Shown here: positions 28,401-40,400 of the stretch, in pieces
Position numbering within the stretch: position 1 is the first letter of the stretch
Layout: each line of letters begins with the position of its first letter
Assembly (NCBI GenBank): GCA_002633005.1
Contig: NMRA01000112.1
Coordinates: forward strand, 688,659-752,658
DNA from: Phoronis australis
Taxonomy: Eukaryota > Animalia > Phoronida
Reading direction: 5' to 3'
Length of the DNA stretch: 64,000 nt
Position numbers and translations under genes: made by a program
The notes under the pieces: model-generated
What the model saw: the letters and a program-made list of their open reading frames with translations, nothing else
Databases searched by the model: none
Told to the model about the DNA's origin: nothing

Positions 28401-31400
28401 TTTTATCACTGGTTGATGTAACCTCGACAGTCATTGATTAGCTTTACAACGAAGAAAGAAAATGGCGGACTATGAACGGTTTTTAGCCATGTCAGTGGCG
28501 TGACAGCAAATATTTCGTGTCTGCAGTAATGCAGTTTAATAGCCTCGAGCCTGAAGCACGTACAAGCACAGATGCACACACATCTGGCCTATTTAACCGG
28601 AGTGTTATTCATACTGTGTGGATATAGGACAGGAACGTAAAAAAGTCAGCGACAATAGAAAAATGTACTCCGAAAAGGCACAACCACAATTTTCTGATTC
28701 ACATTTCTTGAGCACGGATTTGTCGGTATAACAGACCACAAACTATGTCCACATTATTTTACACTTCCTCCATCACTGAGTCATGCTAATTTGTTTACGT
28801 AAAGTGCTACCTGTGGAGAATTCGAACACCCAATTAGAAAGGCCGGTGTAAAAAAATTCCCTAGGAAAATTAAATATCTGCGTTCTCACTACCACCTAGC
28901 TATAGCGGACACGCAGGGAACCAGCGACTGTGACGCGGTTACGTCACTCTTTATCTCAAAGGATTACTGTGGTGAAAGCTATTTTGCTAGAGCACCATTA
29001 GAAATGTGAAAACGATAGTTAACAAGTTTATGCTCAGTTCTGTTTATATTATATTGAAATAAAATTGATATTGAAAGATCATCACTTGTGGTTGCGTTTT
29101 GACTTAATTTGTTTTCGTTGCATTCCTTTTTTATCGAAATAAATGTACAGAACTGTGTTTTAAGGTTAAAAGTTCACCAGATCGCGCATAAATGCGTATT
29201 TCGACTCTATGATTAACCGCACAATAAGAACAAGTGGAAAAACAATTTTCTAAAGAAATCAAACTTAAATGGTGACATTCTAATTATTTTTCAGATACAC
29301 ACTCGGTTTTAGTCGCCGAATTTCGCTTCAAGCGGCGGATGGGTTTCTTTCTGATACAGATGTATATTCCAAGCGTACTGCTTGTATTGATATCATGGGT
29401 GGCGTTTTGGATCAACCGAGAGGCAACTGGAGATAGGATCGCGTTAGGTAAGCGCCTGAAAGTAAAAATGAAGGAGCGAGTTGGATTGAGGGACGGAGGG
29501 CAAGTGGGCGAGTTGGAGGGATGGAGGGGTTGGGCGGAAGGGAGGGAGGGTAAGGGAGGGAGGGAGGGAGGGAGGGAGGTAGAGAGGGAGTAAGATAAGA
29601 AACCTTAGCCAGAGCATGTGTTTAAAATACCCAGGCGTATGTGAATGGAATGATTTGAACGTTTCTCTGAATTATTCGGACTAACTGCAATGTCATGCCA
29701 CCATTTCTACTTTTGATAGTTTCTCCAGCCTCCCTTTCGCGTGAAGTGTCTCTTTTCCGAACTATATTTAAGCGGACTCACGAAAAGTGAACCGCCTGTG
29801 GATGTTACGGTCACAGATAAAAGATATTTAAACATTAGACGACCAACCATTGGGGGGAAACTCAATACTGCATCTTAATGTCCTTCCCGAGTCCTCCACA
29901 AACATGTTTTGTGATGATCGACAAAATTGAAGAGCAAATGATATCTCTATTTAGGGTAGCTATAAGCGTGCAACATGAAATAACGGATCATAAAAACTTA
30001 CGAACATTAAAGTTTATTACAAAGACAACAACTGAGCGACATTTTTCAACAGTTCATACAGCATTTTTCCTTCAAAAGCGTTAGGGATGAACAAAAATTA
30101 AGACAGCAAAGCAATAAAAGTATAAACGAATTCATTTATAACAGGCTATACATTACATCCACGTTGAGAGTCGCATTATGTCTATACCAGTCACTAAGAT
30201 GCTCGACGACAATGAGGCATAAATAAGAAGGGAAAAGTTAAACAGAATTTCAAGGAAACACTTCAACATTTTCTCGAAAGTGTTTCATAAGAAATAGTTC
30301 TATTTTTTAAGTGAATGTGCTCCGCTTCTTTTGGTTTTATTTCTGCAAAAATCTGCAATGCAAATGGCGTAACTTCCTCTGCTGACGCTACCCTCTGGTA
30401 CCGCTTTACCCGCAAGCCTACATTTAACGGCACCTAACTTTTGACGTGATTTGCCCAGCAACATATTGCATACTTTAGGTTAACATTTTTGATTATTGGG
30501 GACAAATAAAACAACAACAATAATATATGTTTTAGGTTGTATTGGGAATTTCAGGGTCACAGCTCTACAAATGAATATTTCACATAAGGAACCAGATGGA
30601 TTCCTTAATTACAATAGATAACACGCACCCAATGCGTAATTGAGTATCGGATACTAAGTGGCACAGGTTAGCATAGTACAAAATGGGTACTGTACATAAT
30701 ACCAAATGGGTACATAATACCAAACGGGTATTGGCCGATTGCCTACCAACTGGGTCGAGCAAAACGGCAAATTCAATAACAAGCACCAAGTGGGTACAAA
30801 CTACCAAATGGGCAAATATCATAAAGTACCAAGTGGGTACACCAAACAAGCCAACTGGGCTATAACAACCTGCAAAGCAGGTTCCGGACAAGCTGAGTGA
30901 GCAGACCAGCCGGAGTAATAAGGAACGTGGTTTTGTGGCTCAATATGTGCCACATGGGCAGGGTTGTTCACCGCCACAACCCGCGTGAGGGTCGTGACCC
31001 TGATAGAGGAGTGGCAGTGGATGGGTAAAAAAGGTAGTCGGAACCAAAGAGAAATGAACCGATGCCATTCCCGGATTTGCCTTTAATTATCACGCTATCA
31101 GGTGGCAAGCGCAGATTTGCTCATTTTAGGAACGAGAAAATCGAATTATTATGCTTCCGACAGGCCACGCGCATACACCAGTAACGACTTTCAAATACGA
31201 AACAGTGTAGTTCTGCTATTTTGCATGTAGCCGCCAACCTGGCCCCCTACCAGAGGCCGTTTCAAGGGCAAAGACCCGCATCCCAAAACGTAAATAACTT
31301 TCGATTCAGACCTCTTATCGTTGTGAAATTGGTCTCAAATTAGTCCTTAGTCAAATTAGAAGTAACGCCGGAGCCTTGAAAGAACAGACATTTGGTTGTT

Positions 31401-34400
31401 GCTTGAGGCCAGGTTCTACAAGCTGGCTAGTCGCTACACTCATTGCATGCGTCGAGCATTCGTTTCAAACCCTGAAATCACTTCACCTATCAGTAAAGAA
31501 CAAGTTGAGAATAATTTGATAACGGTAAGTGGTCTAAAGTGAAAGTTTGCGTTTTTGACGGAACCCAGATTTCTTGCCGCTTTAACATGCCTACCAGCTT
31601 CTTAGGACATAGTTCTGTACATTTATTCATTTTAATATTTAAAATGATTGTGATCACTTCACTGTCAGCATTTCTTTCCAGGAGGGCCCTCAACATCAGG
31701 ATGTAATACAGTTCCATATATTGCAATAAAGTAATAATTAAATACAGGTAACAAAGTAAAAATTAAAACACGTTGGGAATTTAGATAATAAATAAATAAA
31801 TGACGAAGGATGATGAAATTAGACTAAGAGACATGAAAGTAAATAAAAAGAAATAAATTGCAGATAATTGCTGAGAGCGCTGTGTCTGTTGGCCAGGCTA
31901 AGCATTCGCATGCCGATGGAGTTTTTTAATTGTCTGTAATAAAAACGAACATTCTAGAATTGATGACATAACCCCAGCACTCACCAAAAACCTCTTTTCT
32001 AGCAATAAAGGATAATGCTATCAAGACTCCTTGAGCGGCGTTGATTGCAGTAAAAAGATACCACAAAACGTTATGGTTTATGAGGTTGGCCAAGAAGCCG
32101 AATATCCACGTGGCACCTGATAACACACACAGGCGCACGATGATGCCAAACATCGCTGTATGTTGGGATTTCTGCGATTCGGTCATCTGGTTGCGAACTT
32201 TTCTGACACGAATGCTTATTAAGAGAATGCAAAGCAAATTAACACCTATTGCAATGCCAATAGGTGTAGCAAAAAAGTACGCTATTGCCTTTTTCTCTGA
32301 TATCCAACAGTTCTTGTCCCCGTATCCAATCTTGAACGGTGTCTGGCGAATAAAATGAAGAACCGTGGCAGTCACAATAACCGGGATCGGGAAGCAAGAA
32401 ACTGCCAGAACTAAAGTCAGTGTTTTTCTGGTTCTTACGGTGGACGGCGTTGGCTGCGTAACAACAGCCATCGAGGCTGTACTGGACAACCGCCGAGCCA
32501 TTGACACTGTGAACCACGTGCCAAACGTGAAATACAGTAGATAAAAGTAATGGGTGCAGATTGAGCAGACGACGCAGACTATTTGGTTATGATTATAACG
32601 CCCCCCAAACTGGTAAGTTGTCTGTGCTATTAGCAATGATGCGCAAATAGAAACCATGAAATGACAAGCCGAAGACCTTCTTAATCGTTCGGATAATAAA
32701 TATGTTGCTAAGGTTAAGACAAGACCGATAATAGAAAATATTGTTGAAAAGAAAGACAGCATGCCCTGCTCGTGTAATTCGGACAGGTCGCTGGAAATTT
32801 CTGGGCTGCCATTGTTATAAAATTGTATCATCGAAAGATAATCTTCCACGCAAACCTCGTATTGCAAACCGTCGGTGACTTGGTGACGTTGGTTGATCGT
32901 AACAGTCACATTATGCCGTTGTAAGAAATTCACCGTGTCGTTTGATAATCGTGTTAATGTACAGTTCAGGAGTAGACGATCTAAGGATATTCGCGATCCA
33001 TTTCGTTTCATGTATTTCTCCACCGTCCAGCGGTCTTTGGATGATTGCATAGGCAGCGTCCCAATTTCACTGAATAAATCGTCAAGACTGTTTAAATATT
33101 TCAAAGTATTTAACGGATGGCGCATTTCATTTACCGTTAAATTGGTTTCCACTATTAGATTTTTTTTAGGTTCATGCATTCTCTCTTTGAGTCTGAAAAC
33201 CGAGCTAACGTAATAGCCCTGAAATAAATCCATTTTACGTTCAAAAGCCAGCAGCCAATTTGAAAGTATATCTGGAACATTTCTAACTCCACGAAAAAAC
33301 CTTGCAGTTCTTGCTTTTGAGGATACAAACCCTTTGATGACTGAATTACTCATAAAAGTATCCAAACCGCTTGTGTTGGAGATTGGTACAATGATGTCAA
33401 TACTGATCATCATCCCGTAGACAGATATGTAGATTTCTTCGCAACTGACGTTTCGTAGATAGAAGAACTCCGTGCAATACATCGGTCGGCACATAGACTG
33501 TGAACGTAATAAAAGAATTTGTTACACGAGTTCGAAACGAGTCCATGGTCGTGTCTCTTGATTCTTACGACGATTGCCTTACTCTCTGTATTGGACCAGC
33601 AAACCCCAACCCCAAGCTACAAATTCCAGTCCCTGTCCATGCATGGAGTGTGGCCGGGTATGACGTATTTTTGGGGGCTGTGTGGAGTTCAGGGGACCGT
33701 GGGTATATCATTTGTTCCTTGGGGTTAGGGTTTGTTGATGCGAGACTTTTGCTTAGGGGGTCTTTACTGGAATCAACGACCATGGAATTGTCTCCGCCCT
33801 GTTTTACGAATGTAGAAACTCGATTAAAATGATAGTATATGTTACGGACGACATACAAACATTTATTGCCAAAGCAGAGTGAAGTTAACGTCTCTTAACA
33901 GCACATGTTCTTTAATAAGCTGCCATATGTTCAAACCTTCCATCACAAAAATAACTTTTCATTTAGACAACTTTACTGTTATGAAAGTGACCTCAGATTG
34001 TTACTTAGTCAAATTTGGGTTGATTTTAGCATTTCGAAAGAACTGACAGTTAACTGGGATCATGCTCTGCAAGTTGGTTTATCAGCCGTGCGGAGAGCAT
34101 GGCCCATAAAATAATTATTTGGTCGTTCTTTGTAAGCTCAGGAATTACTTGTCATATGAGATAGGAACAACTTGAGACCAATTTTATTACGGCGAGCGGT
34201 TTAAATCAAAAGTTCTCTTCTTGGAAGGAACACAGGTTTATAGCCGTGTTAAAAGGATACTAAACCGGATTTTGATCTATATTAACAGATATACACAAAA
34301 CGTACCGAGAGACGCGTAGATGAAGTAGTGTCCCACGAAACATTATTCCGCGTATCGACCGAGACCGAAGGTCGAGGTCTATACGCGGAATAATGTCGAG

Positions 34401-37400
34401 TATTTAATCCCATGCGCTTCGAATTCCGAAGTTTCTTTCATTTTTCAGCAGATTTTTTAAATACTTCACTCAGACTGTTCACGTGGCGGATCACATCCTA
34501 TATGTATGTGCTTGCGCGTTAAATTGTTTTCTCTTGTAAAAGAAACAGTTTTAAATGTAACGATTTATTACTTGATAAGAGATAACAAAGATAAAAACAA
34601 CGGTAATTGTGCATTGAACTTGTAACATGTCCTGAAAATAGTTAAATAACAACAATATTTGATATTGTAGTTACCGAGGAATCGGCGCCTGAGTTGCAGA
34701 CGATATAATGTTTAGCAATTGAAAACTGAGACAGAACTATCAATCACATATAATTAACAGTCCTGTTCCATATTTAACAATTGGGACCTGAATGCATGTT
34801 GAGTGTTATTAACACTGCTGCAAATTGTATTATTTTAAACTATTTCGGAAAGTTTGATGATCGAACCAGCTAACGACGTGCAGTCGACTTTGACCTACCT
34901 TTTGAACTTTCCATGTCAGAGGTCACTGTTGAAGTAGTGCGGGAGGTGAATACGGAAAACATTTTTACATGGCCGAATTGCACTCGACTGATTCAACGCG
35001 CATGAGATAAAAAACCAATCCATCTAGGTCTCTCATATAAAATAATGCTCTGAAATCTTCGTGCGCCTTAAAATGTTTAAAGAGCGTTTGAAAAATTTTT
35101 TTGCCAAGTTTGTGAAACCGGCAAGCGTGATTAACACTATAAACAAGTTACCGGTACGCGGCAACACTTTGAAAGACTACACACCTAAAACCAATACAAC
35201 CATCTTATGACGCAGCTGGTTATTGTTATTGTTAGGTAAATACTGCTTTTATCATTTAAGTGGGACACCCAATTTAGGTGCATTAGCGAGTGATAGAACG
35301 GAGAGTGACAGAAATCCCCCAAACCTAAGATTTTTTAAAAGGTTTGCAGAATATGTTTTTGAAATGTACCCTATTTTGGTTTGGTTGAGTTTGGCTATAA
35401 TATAATAGATTGTGGATATGCGCTCAACCATTAGTTTCAACCTGTGAGATGAGTGATGAGAAAGCCAAATTTTAATTTGATAAATATGCCACTGCTGTTT
35501 CAGCTATTCTCTCTAGCAACTACTGAAAAAGAAATCACCTTATGTAAACTAAAGTCGTGCGACAAGACAATTTTTGTTTTACTCAACTGAAATCGTCTTC
35601 ATTGACGCCGTGGTGCAATGAGCTGTATACAGCTGGCCTGAGAACTACGCAAAAACGTAATACTTCTCGAGATATCGTCATGCATAACGGGTCGAGTTCG
35701 GGACTATTATGAACCGCTCTACTATTCATTATTACGCTACCATGATTCAAAAGCAGTTTTCCCATCGCCAGTATTGAGAAGTCGTGGGGAAATGGGTAAA
35801 ATTGAGCTCTCCGCTGAGGAGCATTTGTTCTCCACCAGTTAATGATTCAGAGGAGAGATTCTTGACAATTCTCTATCAATTTCAATCGTGCGTATGTCAT
35901 AAGTTGTGTTCATGGTGATTGCTATTTTTCTGCGTTAACTGACCGATGCCCTCTAAGAAGCTGCTGTATGTTGGTAGCAAAGTGCCAACTAGAACACGTA
36001 AGTCACTGAGAAGTCTCTAACGTTAACGAATAAGATGCCATTGGGCAGAGTATTTACGAGATATTTTCAGCTTCATTTTCCAGCGATGACAAGTCTTTGG
36101 AACTCAAACTGCTGTATTATCTGGTTTCAGGCAACAGAATGCTGGAATGTGCTTAAGCTGTCGTCACTGGCACCGGTAGTCAATATTCAAATCAGCTTTG
36201 TGTAACTTGAGAGCGGTAGTTTCCTGGCGACGAAATAGCTTCAGTGTTTCTTTCGACATTTCTGTCCGAGTTTTCTAATAGCATTACGTTTTGGGCACAG
36301 TTTAACGAAGAATAACACTTCAAACGCAAATATATTCACAGCTACAATATAATACAAAGTCCAACGTTTCGGTTCAGTCTTGAACCATCTTCAGGCTGCA
36401 CAAAAAGTCCTAAGAGAAATGATAGTCCCTATAGTTACATCGAAATTCAGGGGTCACATATCTATTATAGCTCTAATTGGAAGATATGAAACACCTCGAA
36501 AGGATAATTTCTCGGCTACCTTAAACCATGGACTATAGTGCATGGATCACCAACTCCGTATATTTTCAATGGACGTGATCTTACGCAGAAGCCCTGAAGT
36601 CATTATTCACTACCGAATCCTGGCAAAATTAACAAGTTCTCCTTCCACCAAGTACGTCGGCTGCTAATCATGGTCACAGGCGCTTTTTTCCTTGATCACC
36701 ACTGACGTCACTCACTACTTATATGGTTTTGAGTCATTGGCAAATTTTAGCGCCTGTGATCATGGTCGGCTGTTCTTTTGTCTGGTAGTAGGATTGCCAA
36801 TTTCAAAATAACACGGGGCACTGTAATTAACTAGACGTCATAATGAAAATAAAACTAAGCGAAGAATGCTTAAAGGTATTGACAATCAGAATTATCCTTG
36901 CGTTCATTAAGTGGTGCTGCGTCCAAACTACAAATGTTTCGAACACGCGCGATTTTACCTTTTCGTTGTCAACTTAGATGCGCGTAAAATGTTCGCGTGT
37001 TACTTCCGCATTGACTTTTGCTATCATAGATCTTATTCACACAGCCGCCATATTGCAAAGAGCCTCCTTTTAGGTTTCAAAAGCAATGCATCCCGCGTCT
37101 AATGACATCACTATACGTGATTTTTTACTCATGATTCGTTATGTTTATTTCTTAAGTGCATTGTTTTTAAACCTAAAAATAGGATTTTTTTAAATGGTGA
37201 CTACGTGAATAAGGTCTATTAGTGCATATTGTTCTTCTTACCTTGATTGGGTCGTAGAATTCACCATTTGTACATCTTTCCTCGATTACTTCCTTTACTG
37301 GGGGCGTTACAAAATTGAAGATGACTGAGAAAGAGAGGGGTCGGAAACGATTTACCTTACTAGGTAATCTCAAATTGTAGCAGGACACTACATCTAGTGT

Positions 37401-40400
37401 TACGTTACCACAAAGGGCACAGAAAATGTTTTTATATTTTTTTCCGGTGCTGGCGTCTTTAACAGGGTCTTTGAAGGTTTGACAGGGATGCCACATTTCC
37501 GAGTGTTTATCACACGAGAGTAATTCTGAGTCACACGAGCGCAACGACTGAGCGTTACGTGGCCATATTTTTACCACTGAGTTTACAAAAGCAACATCTG
37601 TGATGTCATGGTCAAGTATTGTCTGGTCTTCGTGTCCAACGAATTCCACCGTCCAAGGATCAGCATCTGTAATATTGTTGCATATTGCGCAGAACACATT
37701 CAAAAACTGCATGCCGTCTTTTTCTACTGGAACTTCTGTGCTACTTCTTGCAATCACGTCACTTAGCTTCAATGGACCACCGCGTCCGTGTTCACACAAA
37801 GCCTTAAGATATTTATCAACTTTGTCTGGGCACGAGTTCACCATGGAGACGTATTGATATGACAGTCGTTGACGAAGTTTTAGAGCAGTCAAAATCCCGA
37901 AAGAGTTGGATAAGTAGTAGAGTGAATTGCTCAGTTTCACGCAGCCGATTTTATTGGCTAGTTGCAATACTGTTTCATTCACTTGGCATATTTGGTTTTC
38001 CATATCTAAACCCAAGCAGCACGTGCCGTATACAAAGCACGAGGCGTCACAATCACATCGAGCTGGTTTAATTTTTTCAGAGCATGAACCGTCTGAGGAA
38101 CACGCATCTCGCGTATCACAATGTTGCCAACCGGATATCTCGACAGCCATATATCCGGGTGCGATTAACACGGCATAAACTGCAAAGATGCTATAAGTGA
38201 GAGACCACGACTCCATAGCTGACCAAACGTCAAGTGTGAAGAGTGTTGACGGTGTCCAGACTTATAACGAGCCAGCGGTTCTTATTGACTCCTCATTGGT
38301 CAACATTCGTGGTAACAAGAAAACTCATTATCCGCGAGCCCTTTGTTTTTCCCATGGCAGAGAGACTCTGAGATTGTGTCATTTCTTGTAACGAGAGCTA
38401 GACAGCTTATTACTGACGTGAAGCAGTTGTAAATAAGTTTTTCTAGGCTAAATGAAATTCGCCAAGTTCAGTTGCCTGTCTTGAAAATTTCTTGTTTGGG
38501 TCACCTTTTCGACAGATGTGTTACTCTGTGATATTTTTTGTTTATTCGCGAGCTACAAGTTTTATTTCCCGTCCGGAGAACTAGAAAAAACACAACACGT
38601 GTCTCGTCAATAGCTCGAAGTCTATACTCTTGGTTGAACTTGATTTTTGGTGCTCTATTTTTTCTTTTTTTCCTGACAGAATTACAGCTCCAGAGCGCTT
38701 TGCCAGTCTCTCTGAGACATGTATTAAATAAATCTTGTCAAGAACTACAAAAACATCGTCTCGCTACCACTGTTCTCGGTTATTTGTGATTTTCGGACGA
38801 CAGACCTTTGGTTGATAGACGTTACAGGCCACAATTGTAATTCATTTGACGCGTAACTAATGCATAGCATGTAACGTCCCAATGGATCGAGGGATATTGT
38901 TTTGTGTCGAAATGTGATTTATAATGACGGCGTGGTGGTCAATTAGGTTTTTACTTTCTCAGAAAACAACTCCGTTGCCTTTGGTGAATCGACATACATG
39001 TATCTCTCGAAGAACTATAAGATATAATCCATTTGTTCATTCGTTTTCCCACGGATTGCCATTTTTGAGAAGTTGAGCATTTGCTAATGGTTATTCTCGC
39101 CTGATGACTATTGTCGGGATTGCCATTGTCTGCACACTTCGAACGAAACCCCCGTCAGCGTGTTATCCCTCAGACCAAGGAACCACTGCATGGTTCCTAG
39201 ATCAGACGCAACACTTGAACATCGGTTTCGTTAGCAAGCTGTGTGGCTGATTTGAACCCTATACCTAATCCATAGTAACTTTATTGGAACAAGAGGCCAT
39301 CAACCCACATTTAATAATAGTACATACAAACTTTTTTCATGAACCCTACCTGTCAGTTGACAGATGGAGGCGGGAGGGGCTCAAACTATGGTCCTCTTCA
39401 CTGCAGACTGTATTCAAAAGTTACGGGGCACTCCCAGGCATACGGATAACTGCGGATTCCTTTATGTCGTCATACAGGAATTAACAATTCCGAGAATGCT
39501 GTCAAGTGAAAATAAAAACGCTTTGAATGTAACAGGAGCGCGACTGAAAAAGCATGTCAAGACTTCGAGAACCCAGATATTCCTAGACGAATTTTCTAGG
39601 AAATTTGAAAGTTGGAGATTTAGGAGCTGGTGAATGTTTCTCAACCAGCCTCTTGTAAATTGACTTTTGCTTTTAGCTTAGCCTGTTTCTCGAAATAAGG
39701 GTAAGGCAAAAAGTCCGAGAATAGGTCGCCAACTCGACGCCAAAAGCCATAAATCCGCATCCTGCTCAGGAACATATTGAAAGCCAAAGCCAACTTTCGG
39801 CTATAAGTTCCTCGAGAAACAGAAGTGGATTCATGGGGCAGGTTGACGGCATGTGGCAAAGAACTAATCTGTCTGCTATAGAAATAAGAAATAATGGCAG
39901 CAGCGACATTTTACGTGTTATGGACCCGTAGAGAGAAAAAGAAAAGGTGCCACACTTTTGACATTCAGAAAGTCTTTTAAAAGGGGAGGACCTCTCAGAG
40001 CTTCCGTTGGATTCAACGCTATTTCGTGCTACACAGTCCGCATGGTAATTCATGCGCATACTGAGCGATAAAATAGACCAAGAACAGGTCATGTTTTACT
40101 ATTTAGCTATCCTATAGGACTTGTAACAAGTTAGTTTAATGCCCCAAGTATGTTTTTTGACGTATATTAAATCAAATTGTTTATGAAACTCCTTTGGTTT
40201 GACGTTTTATTCATAAATTGGAGAATATTTTGCTTTTGGAGGTACGCTATTTTCCAAAGCTGGCGTACTAGTCGACTGGACGCGAAAATATCTGGGGTAT
40301 CTGACGATGTATTAATTGTATTGCAATTAATTAGTGATTGTACTGCACGCTTAAATAGATTTGACCTGTTTGCACCTACAGGTACCTGGTGTCCTTTGTT

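Noticed and set aside
32041-33213. Plus-strand ORFs 32041-32358 and 32893-33213
   Set aside because: Antisense shadows of the GPCR exon.
39600-40090. Additional Penelope N-terminal relic
   Set aside because: Faint similarity (FLSRMRIYGFW) only; too degraded to call.
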